A stretch of DNA of 64,000 bases from Deltaproteobacteria bacterium (GTDB lineage Bacteria; Desulfobacterota; Desulfomonilia; UBA1062): assembly GCA_029552245.1 (NCBI GenBank), contig JAKPDW010000077.1:64438-128437 (forward strand). The letters are read 5' to 3'. Below are positions 28,633 to 38,377 of the stretch, piece by piece (the stretch's first letter is position 1; every line of letters begins with the position of its first letter). Position numbers and translations under genes: made by a program. The notes under the pieces are model-generated. The model saw nothing but the letters and a program-made list of their open reading frames with translations, was not told the origin of the DNA and did no database searches.

Positions 28633-29481
28633 TCAGAACTCCCGTACGGGCGCCAGCACGGTGGGGGGGTAGATCTGCCCCGGCACCGGGGGCATGGAGT
28701 TGTACACCCAGTCTATGTCCACACAACCCAGCCTCACCCCCCGGAAGCGACGATACCCGCGGAACACCCCGCGCACGAGCACGCTCTCCATCTGGAGGCT
28801 GAGCCCGTACACCGCGACGTGGGCGCCGGGCTCCACGGCCTCGAGTTCGTCCTCGTACGCGTACGGCGAGAACGCGAGCCTGCCTTCATCCGGGGCCCTG
28901 CAGGCGAAAAGCGGCACGATGAGAGGATACCCATCGGGCCCCACGTACGAGAGGAAGGTGAGCGTGTCCATGCGGCCGAGCAGCGTCTTCGTCCAGGGGT
29001 TCATCGCCCTTTCCACCTGGGGCGACCTTGCCGCCCCGTACGCGAGAGAGCACGCGCACGATGCGGCCACGATCCGCCCCAGTCTCAGGCGTTCCCTTCC
29101 CCATGTCCACACGAGATCCATGGAGTGGACCGTGTGTATGCCCGTGTACGCGTTGTACCTGAACATGGGCTTGGCATTGAAAGCGGCGTAGTCCGCGCCG
29201 TGTCCCGTCTTGTGCGTCCACCTGGCCGCCCCCCTCCAGAGCGACCGGTCCATGGTCATGATGAGAAACCCGGTCTTGGGGTTCTCGAGCACGTGCTTCT
29301 TGCTCAGGCCCTCGGAGAACTGGCCCCACACCAGCACACGGGGGGTCTTTGCCATGATCGCCGTGATCAAGGTGACGTGGGGAAGGCCCTCAGGGTTCAC
29401 GGTGGCGATGAGCCCCACCTTGTTCTCGGGCTCGAACTCCTTGAGGTCCTTCTCGTCGAAGGTGGCAAGCCGCGTCTTCAT
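28633..29481 (-). CDS. Tandem pyridoxamine-5'-phosphate-oxidase-like (split-barrel) domain protein
   Basis: Two related segments GLIATVNPEGLPHV and TFLSYVGPDGYPLI; ATG 29481 overlaps the activase stop (ATGA). Confidence 0.7.
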   Translation of the reverse strand: MKTRLATFDEKDLKEFEPENKVGLIATVNPEGLPHVTLITAIMAKTPRVLVWGQFSEGLSKKHVLENPKTGFLIMTMDRSLWRGAARWTHKTGHGADYAAFNAKPMFRYNAYTGIHTVHSMDLVWTWGRERLRLGRIVAASCACSLAYGAARSPQVERAMNPWTKTLLGRMDTLTFLSYVGPDGYPLIVPLFACRAPDEGRLAFSPYAYEDELEAVEPGAHVAVYGLSLQMESVLVRGVFRGYRRFRGVRLGCVDIDWVYNSMPPVPGQIYPPTVLAPVREF

Positions 29482-30536
29482 CTTTTCCCTCCCTGTACGA
29501 CGCCGAGCGCGGCCCGGGGCCTTTCTGGCGCATCCCGCCCGGTCTCGAGCCTCAACGGGCCGCTCAGGCGGACGATCCCGGGGTCCACCCCCGAGCCCCT
29601 GGCCGCCTCCAGCATGGCATCGGCCTCGGCGCGGCCCATGAGCTCGACGCCTCCCAGGGGCCAGTCGATGCCGAGCCCCTGGTACTTGTGCAGGCACAGG
29701 TTGTTGAAGGTGCACAGATCCCACCTGCCCACCGCACCCGAGAGGTTTCGGCGGATGAACGACCCCAGCTCCGTCACGTTGTCCGTACGGGCCGTGTGGC
29801 CTGGTATGAGGGGTGTGCGCACCCACATCTTTGAAGGCCTGCCGTTCTTTCGCAGCGATGAGGCGACCCTCTGTGCGTTCTCCAGGATGAGCGAGTTCGT
29901 CACGCCGGTGAATGCCTTGTGCCTGTCCGGATCCATCTCCTTGAGGTCGAAGAGCACGATGTCCGTGAAAGGAAGGAGCCGGCTCAACACCTCCCAGGAT
30001 GCCTGCCCACAGGTATCAAGCGCCGTGTGGACGCCCTCGGCCTTGAGTTTTGCGAGCAAGGCAAGGGCGAACTCGGGCTGCAGGGTGGGCTCGCCGCCCG
30101 AGAGCGTAACCCCGCCCGAAGACCGCTCGAAGTATACCCTGTCCTTGAGGACCTCGTTCACGAGGTCGTCGAGCCTGTACCTCACGCCGTAGGCCTCGAG
30201 TGCGGTCGACGGGCATGCCTCGGTACAGGCCAGGCACCCGGTGCACCTGTCCCTGTCGATGACCATGCCGCCTGCCGACGGTGAGAGGGCGTGAGACCTG
30301 CACGTCCTGACGCACTCCAGGCACCCGATGCACCTCGAGGCCACCCAGTGCACCTGCACCTTGCTCGAGATGCTTTCCGGGTTGTGGCACCACCTGCAGG
30401 CGAGCGGGCACCCCTTGAAGAAGACCGTGCTCCTGATTCCCGGGCCGTCCTCGGTCGACATGCGCTGTATGCGCAGGATCAGGCCCTGCGTGGAGTTCCC
30501 CGCCGCAGACGTGCCTGTTGTCGTGACGTTTCTCAT
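29478..30536 (-). CDS. Glycyl-radical enzyme activating protein (radical SAM, ferredoxin insert)
   Basis: DGPGIRSTVFFKGCPLACRWCHNPES; CIGCLECVRTC and CTGCLACTEAC; GVTLSGGEP, HTALDTCG. Confidence 0.96.
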   Translation of the reverse strand: MRNVTTTGTSAAGNSTQGLILRIQRMSTEDGPGIRSTVFFKGCPLACRWCHNPESISSKVQVHWVASRCIGCLECVRTCRSHALSPSAGGMVIDRDRCTGCLACTEACPSTALEAYGVRYRLDDLVNEVLKDRVYFERSSGGVTLSGGEPTLQPEFALALLAKLKAEGVHTALDTCGQASWEVLSRLLPFTDIVLFDLKEMDPDRHKAFTGVTNSLILENAQRVASSLRKNGRPSKMWVRTPLIPGHTARTDNVTELGSFIRRNLSGAVGRWDLCTFNNLCLHKYQGLGIDWPLGGVELMGRAEADAMLEAARGSGVDPGIVRLSGPLRLETGRDAPERPRAALGVVQGGKR

Positions 30537-30565
30537 GGGCATCGTCGGTACCCTTGCCGCCCCCC

Positions 30566-33082
30566 TCACAACGCCTCGTGGCTCAACCTCGCGATGAGCT
30601 CGTCCTGGAGCTCCCGGCCGACGCTCGTGAAGTACGCGTTGTACCCCGTTATCCTCACGAGGAGGGAACGGTAGTCCTCCGGGTGTTCCTGCGCGTCTCT
30701 CAGGGTGTCTGCGTCTATCATGTTGACCTGGAGGCAGGTCCCGCCGTTGTGCGCATACCCGCGCAAGAACGCCTTGAACTTCTCCTTGTGCTCGGGGTCT
30801 TTGAGGATCGATGGGTTGAAGGAGATGGTATGGCTCGCGCCGTTCGGAAGCCTGTTGTAGTAACCCAGGTAGTCGCCGGACCCGTCCGGGCAGAGGCCGC
30901 CGAGGGCCTTTCCCACCGAGTTCGCGTTCGCCGTCGGCCCGTTGATGTCCGCGCCGTTCGATGGGCAGATGGCGTTCGACAGGAAGGTGCCCTTGGCCCT
31001 GCCGTCAGGGCTCGCGGGCAGGATGAAGCCGTCGGAGACCCAGTAGTTCCAGCTCAGCATGCCGGGCCTGAAGCGCCTTTTGGTGGAGACGGTGCCGTGC
31101 TTCCAGGTCTCCTCGCACCACAGCTCCATGACGCGATCCGCCATGGCGTCCGCCTCGTCGTCGTCTCGGCCGTACTTGGGCGCCTTGTAGCGGGCCTTGG
31201 GCCTGAGGGCCTCGTAGCCCTCCCAGTTGGACTTGAGCGCCTGTATGAGGTCGTCCATGGTGCACTCTTTCCGGTCGTAGACGAGGTATTTGACGGCCAG
31301 CAGGCTGTCCACGGTGGTGGCGAACGTCACGGCCTCGAGCGTCGTGAAGTTCAGTTCAGCACCGCCCCTGGTGATGTCGAGCGCCTTCTCCGCGCACCCC
31401 TTGACCAGGCAGGACACGTACGGCGTGGGGCAGAACTCGGCGCGCACCGCTTCCGAGCGCTCGTAGAGATCCACGCAACGCCTGATGATGTACCGCGTCT
31501 GCTCTGCGTAGGCGTCCCAGAACTGCTCCCACGTCCTGAAGGTCCTCGGGTCTCCTGTCCTTGGGCCGTCCTGTCGTGCCTTCTCCTTCTCGAGGGTTAT
31601 GGGGTCGACGAAGTCGAAGAAGTCCCTGCCGTCGTTGAGCGCGAGCTCGACGGCCTTGAGGAGGTTGAGGTTGTTGTCCACCGTTCCCGAGCGGTCGTTG
31701 CCCACCATGGTGTTCTCGAGGCATCCCACCGGCGCGTACTCGTGGACGTTCCCCTCGTGTATGAGGTGCGTCACGCCGGCCTTCCTCGCCTCCACCATCA
31801 TCCCCGCCATGGACCGCTCGTCGAAGTTGAGAAGGAACGGGGAACCCTGGCTCGAGGCGATCATCTCCACGACCTTGTCCAGCAGTTCGTCAGGGCTGTT
31901 CCTGTGCAGCCTCACGTTCGGCTTGGGCTCGAGGATGGGGCTCATCTCGTCGATGACCTCGAGGATCGCGAAGGTGAGCTCGTTCGTCATGTCGCGCCCG
32001 CCCTGGCCCATGCCGGAGAGGGTTATGAGCTGGCCGTAGCCCGCGGTGATGCCGTTGTTGCCGATTCGGACCATGGCGTCGTACGCCGTGTTCGCATGCA
32101 CCCAGAAACACTTGAGGATCTCCTTGCCGAACTCGCGGTCCATCCCCTGCTCGATGGAGGCCCTCCAGTAGGGGAGGAGGTACTGGTCTATGCGCCCGAA
32201 GGAAACGCCGGGGCCGGGGTAGTTCTCATCGCTCATGACGAGCATGTGCGTGAGCCACAGGGCCTGGACCGCCTCCCAGAAGGTCCCGGCCGGTTCCCAG
32301 GGGACGCGCCTCAGGTTCCTCCCCATCTGCTCGAGCTCCGCCTTGCGCACGGGGTCGGGCTCCCCGGCGGCGGTCCGCTCGCAGAGTTCGGCGTAGCGGG
32401 ATGCAAGCTCCCTGGGCATGGTCGATGCAATCTTCATGGCCCTCAGCTGTGCGCCTTTCTCTCCGTTGTGCTCACGCGGGTCCAGGGCCTGCAAGCGGGC
32501 CTCGAGATCGTCGTGGACGGCCTTGAACCCCTCCTTCAGGATGCGCTCATACCCGGGTATGAGGTGGCCGCTCGTTGCCCCCGAGTTCCCGTAGCCGTGA
32601 TCGTGGAACCACTTCACAGCCCTCCTTACGCCGCTTTTCCCGAACATGAGCCTGTTCCTCCGCTTCGTCTCCCTTTCATCGAGGCAGAGCGAGGTCTGGA
32701 TGTTGAACCTCGCCCCGCAGAGAAGGTCACCGGGGAGGATCTCCTGGGGGAGCCGGTTCACCATGACCTCCTTGACGAACCAGGCCCTCCTCTCGGCTAT
32801 GCTCCAGGTCCAGAAGTCGGGATGGAGGTCCACCTTGCGGGCCGCCTGCCTGAACGACGACCTGAAGGTCTGGAAGAAGGGGTAGGTCTCGGGGACGATG
32901 TAGAAGGTCGTCTCGTCGAAGACCTCGTCCCAAGGCGTGCCGGTGGTCCACGCCGTGAACTCGTTGTTCCACCTCCTTGCCGCACCCTCGAGATAATACC
33001 GCCTCAGCCACTCGATGCGGGGCGAGAGGTTCTTGGGTTGTTTCAGCCTCTTCTGAGCCACGCAAGCCTGTGCCGTGCTCAT
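30566..33082 (-). CDS. Glycyl radical enzyme, GRE-1, function unknown
   Basis: 838 aa; Cys-loop APVGCLEN; glycyl motif LVRITGYNAYF; SFGRIDQYL; atypical N-terminus. Confidence 0.92.
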   Translation of the reverse strand: MSTAQACVAQKRLKQPKNLSPRIEWLRRYYLEGAARRWNNEFTAWTTGTPWDEVFDETTFYIVPETYPFFQTFRSSFRQAARKVDLHPDFWTWSIAERRAWFVKEVMVNRLPQEILPGDLLCGARFNIQTSLCLDERETKRRNRLMFGKSGVRRAVKWFHDHGYGNSGATSGHLIPGYERILKEGFKAVHDDLEARLQALDPREHNGEKGAQLRAMKIASTMPRELASRYAELCERTAAGEPDPVRKAELEQMGRNLRRVPWEPAGTFWEAVQALWLTHMLVMSDENYPGPGVSFGRIDQYLLPYWRASIEQGMDREFGKEILKCFWVHANTAYDAMVRIGNNGITAGYGQLITLSGMGQGGRDMTNELTFAILEVIDEMSPILEPKPNVRLHRNSPDELLDKVVEMIASSQGSPFLLNFDERSMAGMMVEARKAGVTHLIHEGNVHEYAPVGCLENTMVGNDRSGTVDNNLNLLKAVELALNDGRDFFDFVDPITLEKEKARQDGPRTGDPRTFRTWEQFWDAYAEQTRYIIRRCVDLYERSEAVRAEFCPTPYVSCLVKGCAEKALDITRGGAELNFTTLEAVTFATTVDSLLAVKYLVYDRKECTMDDLIQALKSNWEGYEALRPKARYKAPKYGRDDDEADAMADRVMELWCEETWKHGTVSTKRRFRPGMLSWNYWVSDGFILPASPDGRAKGTFLSNAICPSNGADINGPTANANSVGKALGGLCPDGSGDYLGYYNRLPNGASHTISFNPSILKDPEHKEKFKAFLRGYAHNGGTCLQVNMIDADTLRDAQEHPEDYRSLLVRITGYNAYFTSVGRELQDELIARLSHEAL

Positions 33083-33816
33083 GGGCGCCTCCCTTCCCCC
33101 TGTTTCAGCATCCTGCGCAGGTTCAGCTCGCCGTGGGCGAGCATGTCACGCATGATGGAAGCGGCCCTTTCCGGGTCTTTCGCCGCCACCGCATCCACGA
33201 TCAGCTCGTGGAACCCGACGATAGCGGGCTTCATCGACTCGTCCGAGAAGAACATGCCCGTGAAGTTCATGTAGACCGTCTTGAAAGAGTTGATGAGCAG
33301 CGGGTAGATGATGTTTCCCGAGCACATGGCGATGGTGTGGTGGAAGGCGAAGTCCAGCCTGGTCACGCTCTCCACGTCTTTCGGGTCCGCGGCCCTCTCC
33401 TTCTGCACGATCTCCTCGAGCTCTTCGAGCTGGGCCTGGGTCCGGTGGACGGCGGCAAGCCGCGCCGTCTCAGACTCCACCAGCTCCCTGACGGCGAGAA
33501 GCCCCGACAGCACGGACTCGTCAAGTGCGCCCTTGTGGAAGTTGATGATGGAGTTCAGGATGGCAAGAGACCCCTCCTTGCGGTAATCGTTCACGACCGT
33601 GCCCACCCGGGGCCTCATCGTCACGAGTCCCTTTGCCTCGAGGTCGACAAGCCCCTCGTGCACCACCGGCCTGCTCACTCCGAGCATGAGCGCGAGCTCG
33701 CGCTCGGAAGGCAGCCTTTGGCCGATGGCCAGCTTTCCCGTGAGGATGAGTTCCTCGAACCTGCTCACGAAGACCTCGACCAGGCTCTCCGCTTTCAGTG
33801 GCTTGAGGATGTCCAA
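33079..33816 (-). CDS. GntR/FadR-family transcriptional regulator
   Basis: GQRLPSERELALMLGVSRPVVHEGL HTH; FCD domain DFAFHHTIA..SGN; TTG start after AAAGGA; stop overlaps GRE-1 ATG. Confidence 0.93.
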   Translation of the reverse strand: MDILKPLKAESLVEVFVSRFEELILTGKLAIGQRLPSERELALMLGVSRPVVHEGLVDLEAKGLVTMRPRVGTVVNDYRKEGSLAILNSIINFHKGALDESVLSGLLAVRELVESETARLAAVHRTQAQLEELEEIVQKERAADPKDVESVTRLDFAFHHTIAMCSGNIIYPLLINSFKTVYMNFTGMFFSDESMKPAIVGFHELIVDAVAAKDPERAASIMRDMLAHGELNLRRMLKQGEGRRP

Positions 33817-33839
33817 TATGTCGCGTCCTTTCCGGCTGG

Positions 33840-33885
33840 TGGTATGTCCAGCTGACAATATACCCCGGATCCACCCCCTGCGCAA
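33840..33885 (-). promoter_or_regulatory. Sigma-70-type promoter and FadR-subfamily operator of the GRE operon
   Basis: Minus strand TTGCGC (33885-33880)-N17-TATATT (33862-33857), then TGGACATACCA (33850-33840), one mismatch from TGGT-N3-ACCA. Confidence 0.55.
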
Positions 33886-34510
33886 GGGGAAGGTTGCGGG
33901 GCCTTCGTCACTAGGGCGCCACTTCGGGGTCACCACTCAAGGTAACCGTCGATCAGGGGCTGCGACGTCCCCGGGGCAGGGGCGACGGGCGGGACGGGCA
34001 TCGGGAACGAGACGGGGGAAGGAGTGTGTCAAGCACGGAAGTGGCCGATGGGAAGAGACGTCGTGATGGCGCCCGGGGGTCTCGTGGCGCCGGGAAAAGG
34101 CAACGGCCGGGTCATCTTCTCGGCTGGCTCGCCCTCGTGTCTTCCCGTCGCGGGACGGGGCCGAGGCCCGGATACACCTCACCGCATCTCCGTGGAAAGG
34201 CCCCCTCTGCGACACGTTCGGGGAGAACGCAACTGCGGATAGAGTCGCTCTCGACGTGCCGTGCGGGCGCGGCCCCCGGTGACACGTGCGGTCATGGTCC
34301 ACCAGCCCTGCCTGCCAGCCGCATCCGCCAAGGGGCCCCAAACGCTCGTGACGGGTGTGGAGGGTGCGTGGCGCCTAGAGATGGGCCTGTTTCCCCATGC
34401 TTTCGAGATGATCGCTGCGGCGCGGTCCAGCACGTGTCCAGACTCGATCCCACCCCTCATGTGCGCATGGGGCGGCCGCGCGCGGCTGCACGGCCCGACT
34501 GGATGACTCC

Positions 34511-35932
34511 TCAGGCGGGGCTCAGGCCGGGGAGGAGAAAGGCGGACGGGTTGATACCGAGCATCGGCGCGGGTATCCCCCTTGCAATGGCCTGTCCTGC
34601 GTCGCCATCCTCGAGAGGTTCCTTGGCCAGGTCGATCTCGCCCGCGCAGACGTACCCCCCGGACCCGTCGTGCTCGAGGACCATGACCACCGGCCTGTCC
34701 CTCAGGGCGCCGGGGGAGTACATGCTGACGATGCCCAAGGCGCCTCCCCTGAGCTCGACGACGGAACCGACCGGGTATATTCCCATCATGGACACGAAAC
34801 ACTTGAGCAGGATGGGGTCGAAGCTCTTGCCCGCCTGGGCCCACATCTTCCTCAGCGCCTCTTCCGGGGTGAAGGCGCGTTTTCGGTACACCCTCTCAGA
34901 GGTAAGGGCGTCGTACACGTCCACGATCTTGAGGATCTTGCCCATGACGCTGACGCCCTTCATGAAGTGGGTCCTGGGGTAGCCGGTCATGTCAGGGTTC
35001 AGGTGGTGCTCGAAGGGCCCGAGGATGATCCTCGACCTCAGGACCCTGGGCGCATTCAGCCTGATGATCTTCTTCACCCCCAAGAGCGGGTGCGCGCGCA
35101 TGGTGTCCAGCTCGTCTTTGTCCAGAGCGCCTTGCTTCTTGAGTATCCCCTTGGGGATCTCGATCTTTCCGAGGTCGTGGAAGAGCCCGCAAACGGCCAG
35201 GTGCTCCAGGCTGACCCTCGAGAGGCCCACGTACCTGCCGAGGGATACGGCGAGGATGGCCACGTTGACCGAGTGCATGTACGTGTAATCATCGTAATTC
35301 CTGATGGTTGCAAGGGCGAGCATGATGGAGGGGTCCTCGTTGATGAGATCGACCACCTCCTGTGCGACACGCCTGGCCTTCCTGACGCCCGCGACCCCCC
35401 TGTCCATCTTCGAGGCGACGCCCTTGACCACCTTGAGGGCGTTGAAATACATGTCGACGGCCCGTTTGCGCACGTTCCTCTCCGGGGTGCCGGCCTCCTC
35501 GTCCTGTATCTCTCGAACCTCGATACACGAAATCCCTTTCTCCCTGAGAGCGTCTTCGAGCCACCCCACGGGGTCCTGGTGACCGTGCGCCGTGTTGAGA
35601 AGCCTCACGAAAGCAAGGAGGCAGCCCGCGAGGTCCTCCCCGGCGACGCGGCTGAAGACGATACCGCCGAGTGAGCGGGCGTTCATGAACTCCACGAGGT
35701 CGGTCATGACGCCGGCTACGTCCTTCCGGAAAGGCAACCTCTCACCGCACACGTACAACCGGTCGCGCCACACCTGGACGGGTACCTCGCCCCCGCCCAG
35801 GAGGGCATCGAGCGCCGCCGTGCATCGGCCGAGGGCTTCGACGACGACCTGGTTGTTGTCATGGTGGATCCTCGTCGCCTGGATGAGCCGGTACAGGCCC
35901 ACGATCAGTCGCTCACCGAGGAGGAAGGTCAT
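34511..35932 (-). CDS. HD-GYP domain phosphodiesterase with uncharacterised N-terminal domain
   Basis: YTYMHSVNV, LFHDLGK, HHLNPDMTGYP, IVDVYDALTSERVYRK; start 35932 or GTG 35947. Confidence 0.9.
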   Translation of the reverse strand: MTFLLGERLIVGLYRLIQATRIHHDNNQVVVEALGRCTAALDALLGGGEVPVQVWRDRLYVCGERLPFRKDVAGVMTDLVEFMNARSLGGIVFSRVAGEDLAGCLLAFVRLLNTAHGHQDPVGWLEDALREKGISCIEVREIQDEEAGTPERNVRKRAVDMYFNALKVVKGVASKMDRGVAGVRKARRVAQEVVDLINEDPSIMLALATIRNYDDYTYMHSVNVAILAVSLGRYVGLSRVSLEHLAVCGLFHDLGKIEIPKGILKKQGALDKDELDTMRAHPLLGVKKIIRLNAPRVLRSRIILGPFEHHLNPDMTGYPRTHFMKGVSVMGKILKIVDVYDALTSERVYRKRAFTPEEALRKMWAQAGKSFDPILLKCFVSMMGIYPVGSVVELRGGALGIVSMYSPGALRDRPVVMVLEHDGSGGYVCAGEIDLAKEPLEDGDAGQAIARGIPAPMLGINPSAFLLPGLSPA

Positions 35933-35982
35933 CCGCTTGTCTTCCACCTGCGAAGAGCCGCCCCTTCGTTCTCCCTCACCGA

Positions 35983-37674
35983 TCACCGCTTCGCCTCCAT
36001 AGCCTTGCGGACGATATACCTGAGAGACGGCCACAGACTCCTGGACGCCTTCTCGAGGACCTTCCTCGACTCCGCACTGCCCAACCTGGCCAGCGCGAGC
36101 GCAGCTCCCAACCGCTCGGTCCTCTTCCAGAAAGGCGGCATCCACGGCTTTTCCATCAATCGCCCCCTCAGGAAAGAAATGCATTCCGACGAACCGCACT
36201 TGCCGAGCGCCTCGTAGCAGGACAACCCATGAGCGTCCTCGGTGCGCCCGAAGGTTCGCCGCTTCAGGTACTCCATGAGCAGCCTCTCCGCCTCCCTGCT
36301 CCTGGAGGCGCCCAGTACGCCGACGACCATCCTGCTGACGTTCTCGTCCTCGTCGTCGATCAACCTGAAGATCTCCTTCGCATGCAATCCCATGCGAACA
36401 ACCTGTCTCACCACCTCCAGACGAACCTTGCCAAAGGGGTGTCGAAGGAGTTTCAACAGGAAACCGCCGGCTACGTCCCTGTCCATCCTGGCCAGAACCG
36501 GCACGAGACGCTCCGTGACCTTCGGGTCTGACGACGCCATGACACGCTCGAGGATCCCGGGGTCTCGGCAGGCCAAGGCCGCGATCACGTCCTCGGCCAC
36601 CTTCCTGTGCGAAGCCGCCTGCGGCAGCACGAGGAGGGTGCACAGTGCGGGCAGGGCATCGGGGTGGAGCATCTCGAGGATATCCCGGGCCCTTTCGACC
36701 TGGCTGTCGGACAGGCTCGTCCAGACGCCCACGAGACCGGCCAGCACCCGCTCATGCGAGACCTCGCGGACGAACTCGTCTGCAGCGGATGCAACCCAGG
36801 GCTCGTCGATCCCGCATGTGTCCCGGACGTACCGGATACGCTGAAGGATCTTGCATGCGAGGTCGAGGTCCGCCCCGGCGATCGACAGGGAGAACTCTTC
36901 CTTCAATACCTCGAAAATGAGATCGTAGTTCTCCATCGACCTCAACTGGAGCAGGCTGTCGAAGAGCGCATCCAGGTATGCCGTGTGATCTCCTTCCTCC
37001 TCGAGACGGACCATCTCCCTGTGGATGTCCTCCTCTTGGCGGGTGAGCCCGAGGCTCGACACGTCGACCACGGGGTCGTCCGGTTCCTCCGCCGCGATCA
37101 CCTGCATCGCATGTTCCGAGTGCCCCTCGTGGTCGAACTCCACCGATTCCGCGTGGTCCTCGAGGCATGTCTCTTCCGCCCAGAACGCCTCGGTGACCTC
37201 ATAGCCTATGTGTTCCAACTTCCTCTCCCAGAGCTCGGTCACGATGTCGCCGTCCGACTCGTCCGTGAGCAGCGAGTACCTGTTGACCGTCTCCACGAAG
37301 TCCTCGAGCTCGCCGAGCCCTATCCCCTCTCGAAACTCGATCCACCGGATGCCGTCCCGAAAGAGAACAAAGGGGAGAGAGAGGTCACCCTGGCCGTCTT
37401 CCAGGACGACATCCCCCTTGGACATGAGCCTGTCTTTTCCGACCTCCACGCGCAGGGATCCATGGACCCTCGTATAGCCCTCGATCAGTGCATGGCAGTG
37501 CTCGAGAGAGGTCCTGCTCACCATGTGGCCCTTGGGGTACAACGAGCAGTTCTTCCTAGCCAGGAGCAGAGCGGCAAAGAATGCACGTACGGCCTCGAGT
37601 TCCCTCGTGTCCCGCGTGGCCTGCCCCACCTCGGGCGACGATGAGAAGAAGTCCACGGTTCCAGCCATGTTCAC
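35983..37674 (-). CDS. HEAT-repeat protein
   Basis: C-terminal alpha-solenoid pattern (LLRHPFGKVRLEVVRQV, YEALGKCG, AALALARLG) after an acidic linker. Confidence 0.78.
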   Translation of the reverse strand: MNMAGTVDFFSSSPEVGQATRDTRELEAVRAFFAALLLARKNCSLYPKGHMVSRTSLEHCHALIEGYTRVHGSLRVEVGKDRLMSKGDVVLEDGQGDLSLPFVLFRDGIRWIEFREGIGLGELEDFVETVNRYSLLTDESDGDIVTELWERKLEHIGYEVTEAFWAEETCLEDHAESVEFDHEGHSEHAMQVIAAEEPDDPVVDVSSLGLTRQEEDIHREMVRLEEEGDHTAYLDALFDSLLQLRSMENYDLIFEVLKEEFSLSIAGADLDLACKILQRIRYVRDTCGIDEPWVASAADEFVREVSHERVLAGLVGVWTSLSDSQVERARDILEMLHPDALPALCTLLVLPQAASHRKVAEDVIAALACRDPGILERVMASSDPKVTERLVPVLARMDRDVAGGFLLKLLRHPFGKVRLEVVRQVVRMGLHAKEIFRLIDDEDENVSRMVVGVLGASRSREAERLLMEYLKRRTFGRTEDAHGLSCYEALGKCGSSECISFLRGRLMEKPWMPPFWKRTERLGAALALARLGSAESRKVLEKASRSLWPSLRYIVRKAMEAKR

Positions 37675-38236
37675 CTCATGGGCCTCGTTATGGGTAACCC
37701 TTCACCTCAACCCATACGGGTGGAGGGGCATCCATCCTCCTGCTCCCCGTGTTTCTCTCCCTCTCCAGCGACGCACGGACTCCTGTTTTTTTCTCTGCAT
37801 CCACCCTGGATGCCAGGGAGCGATCTCGAGCCCATGTATTCCTTTTCGGAAGAACACGACGACACGATGAGCGAAAGGCCCAGCCGGCATCCTTGCCCCA
37901 TGAACCTCAACAAGCATGGATACCTCCACGCTTTCCTCGTTCGACCCAGGTGCGTGATGCAGGCGAATCCGCTCAGGGGCGTAATACCTGCGCATGCATC
38001 CACGATCGTGCGAGACCGCCGCGGCGACACAGAGTTCTTCCCAGGTGGGAACCCCCACGTCGCGGGTGCATTGCCCGCTCGGGGAGAGACGGGTTCACGT
38101 CGATTCGTCACGGACGCGCCCAGGGCGTACGCTTTCCGGGTCTCCTCTCACCCGGTCGCGTCCTTGCCGCCTGTGCGGTCCTTGACAGGCGCCCTGCCCC
38201 CCTCACGCGCCCCTTCACACGCAGGCACAAACGAAC

Positions 38237-38273
38237 CCCGGCAGGGCACGGGATGCCTCGATGCCCTGCCGGG
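38237..38273 (-). terminator. Putative terminator hairpin downstream of the diguanylate cyclase gene
   Basis: CCCGGCAGGGCA-N13-TGCCCTGCCGGG perfect 12-bp stem; weak U-tract. Confidence 0.5.
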
Positions 38274-38377
38274 AGCTTCTTTGACAATGATTGCCTCAGG
38301 TGAGAACGAACTCGGCGGATCGGGGTGCCTGCATCTCCAGGCGGGGTCCGCCGCCCGCGAGACTTGCATGCTCCCGC

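Noticed and set aside
25984-30192. 1402-aa plus-strand ORF and other very long alternative ORFs (e.g. 30554-33274, 7799-10120, 10224-12500, 18701-20800)
   Set aside because: They lie antisense to genes with clear motifs and carry no recognisable motifs; long shadow ORFs are expected in high-GC DNA.
37702-38058. 118-aa minus-strand ORF between the HEAT and cyclase genes, considered as PilZ-like
   Set aside because: Lacks the paired RxxxR and DxSxxG PilZ motifs; no convincing RBS.
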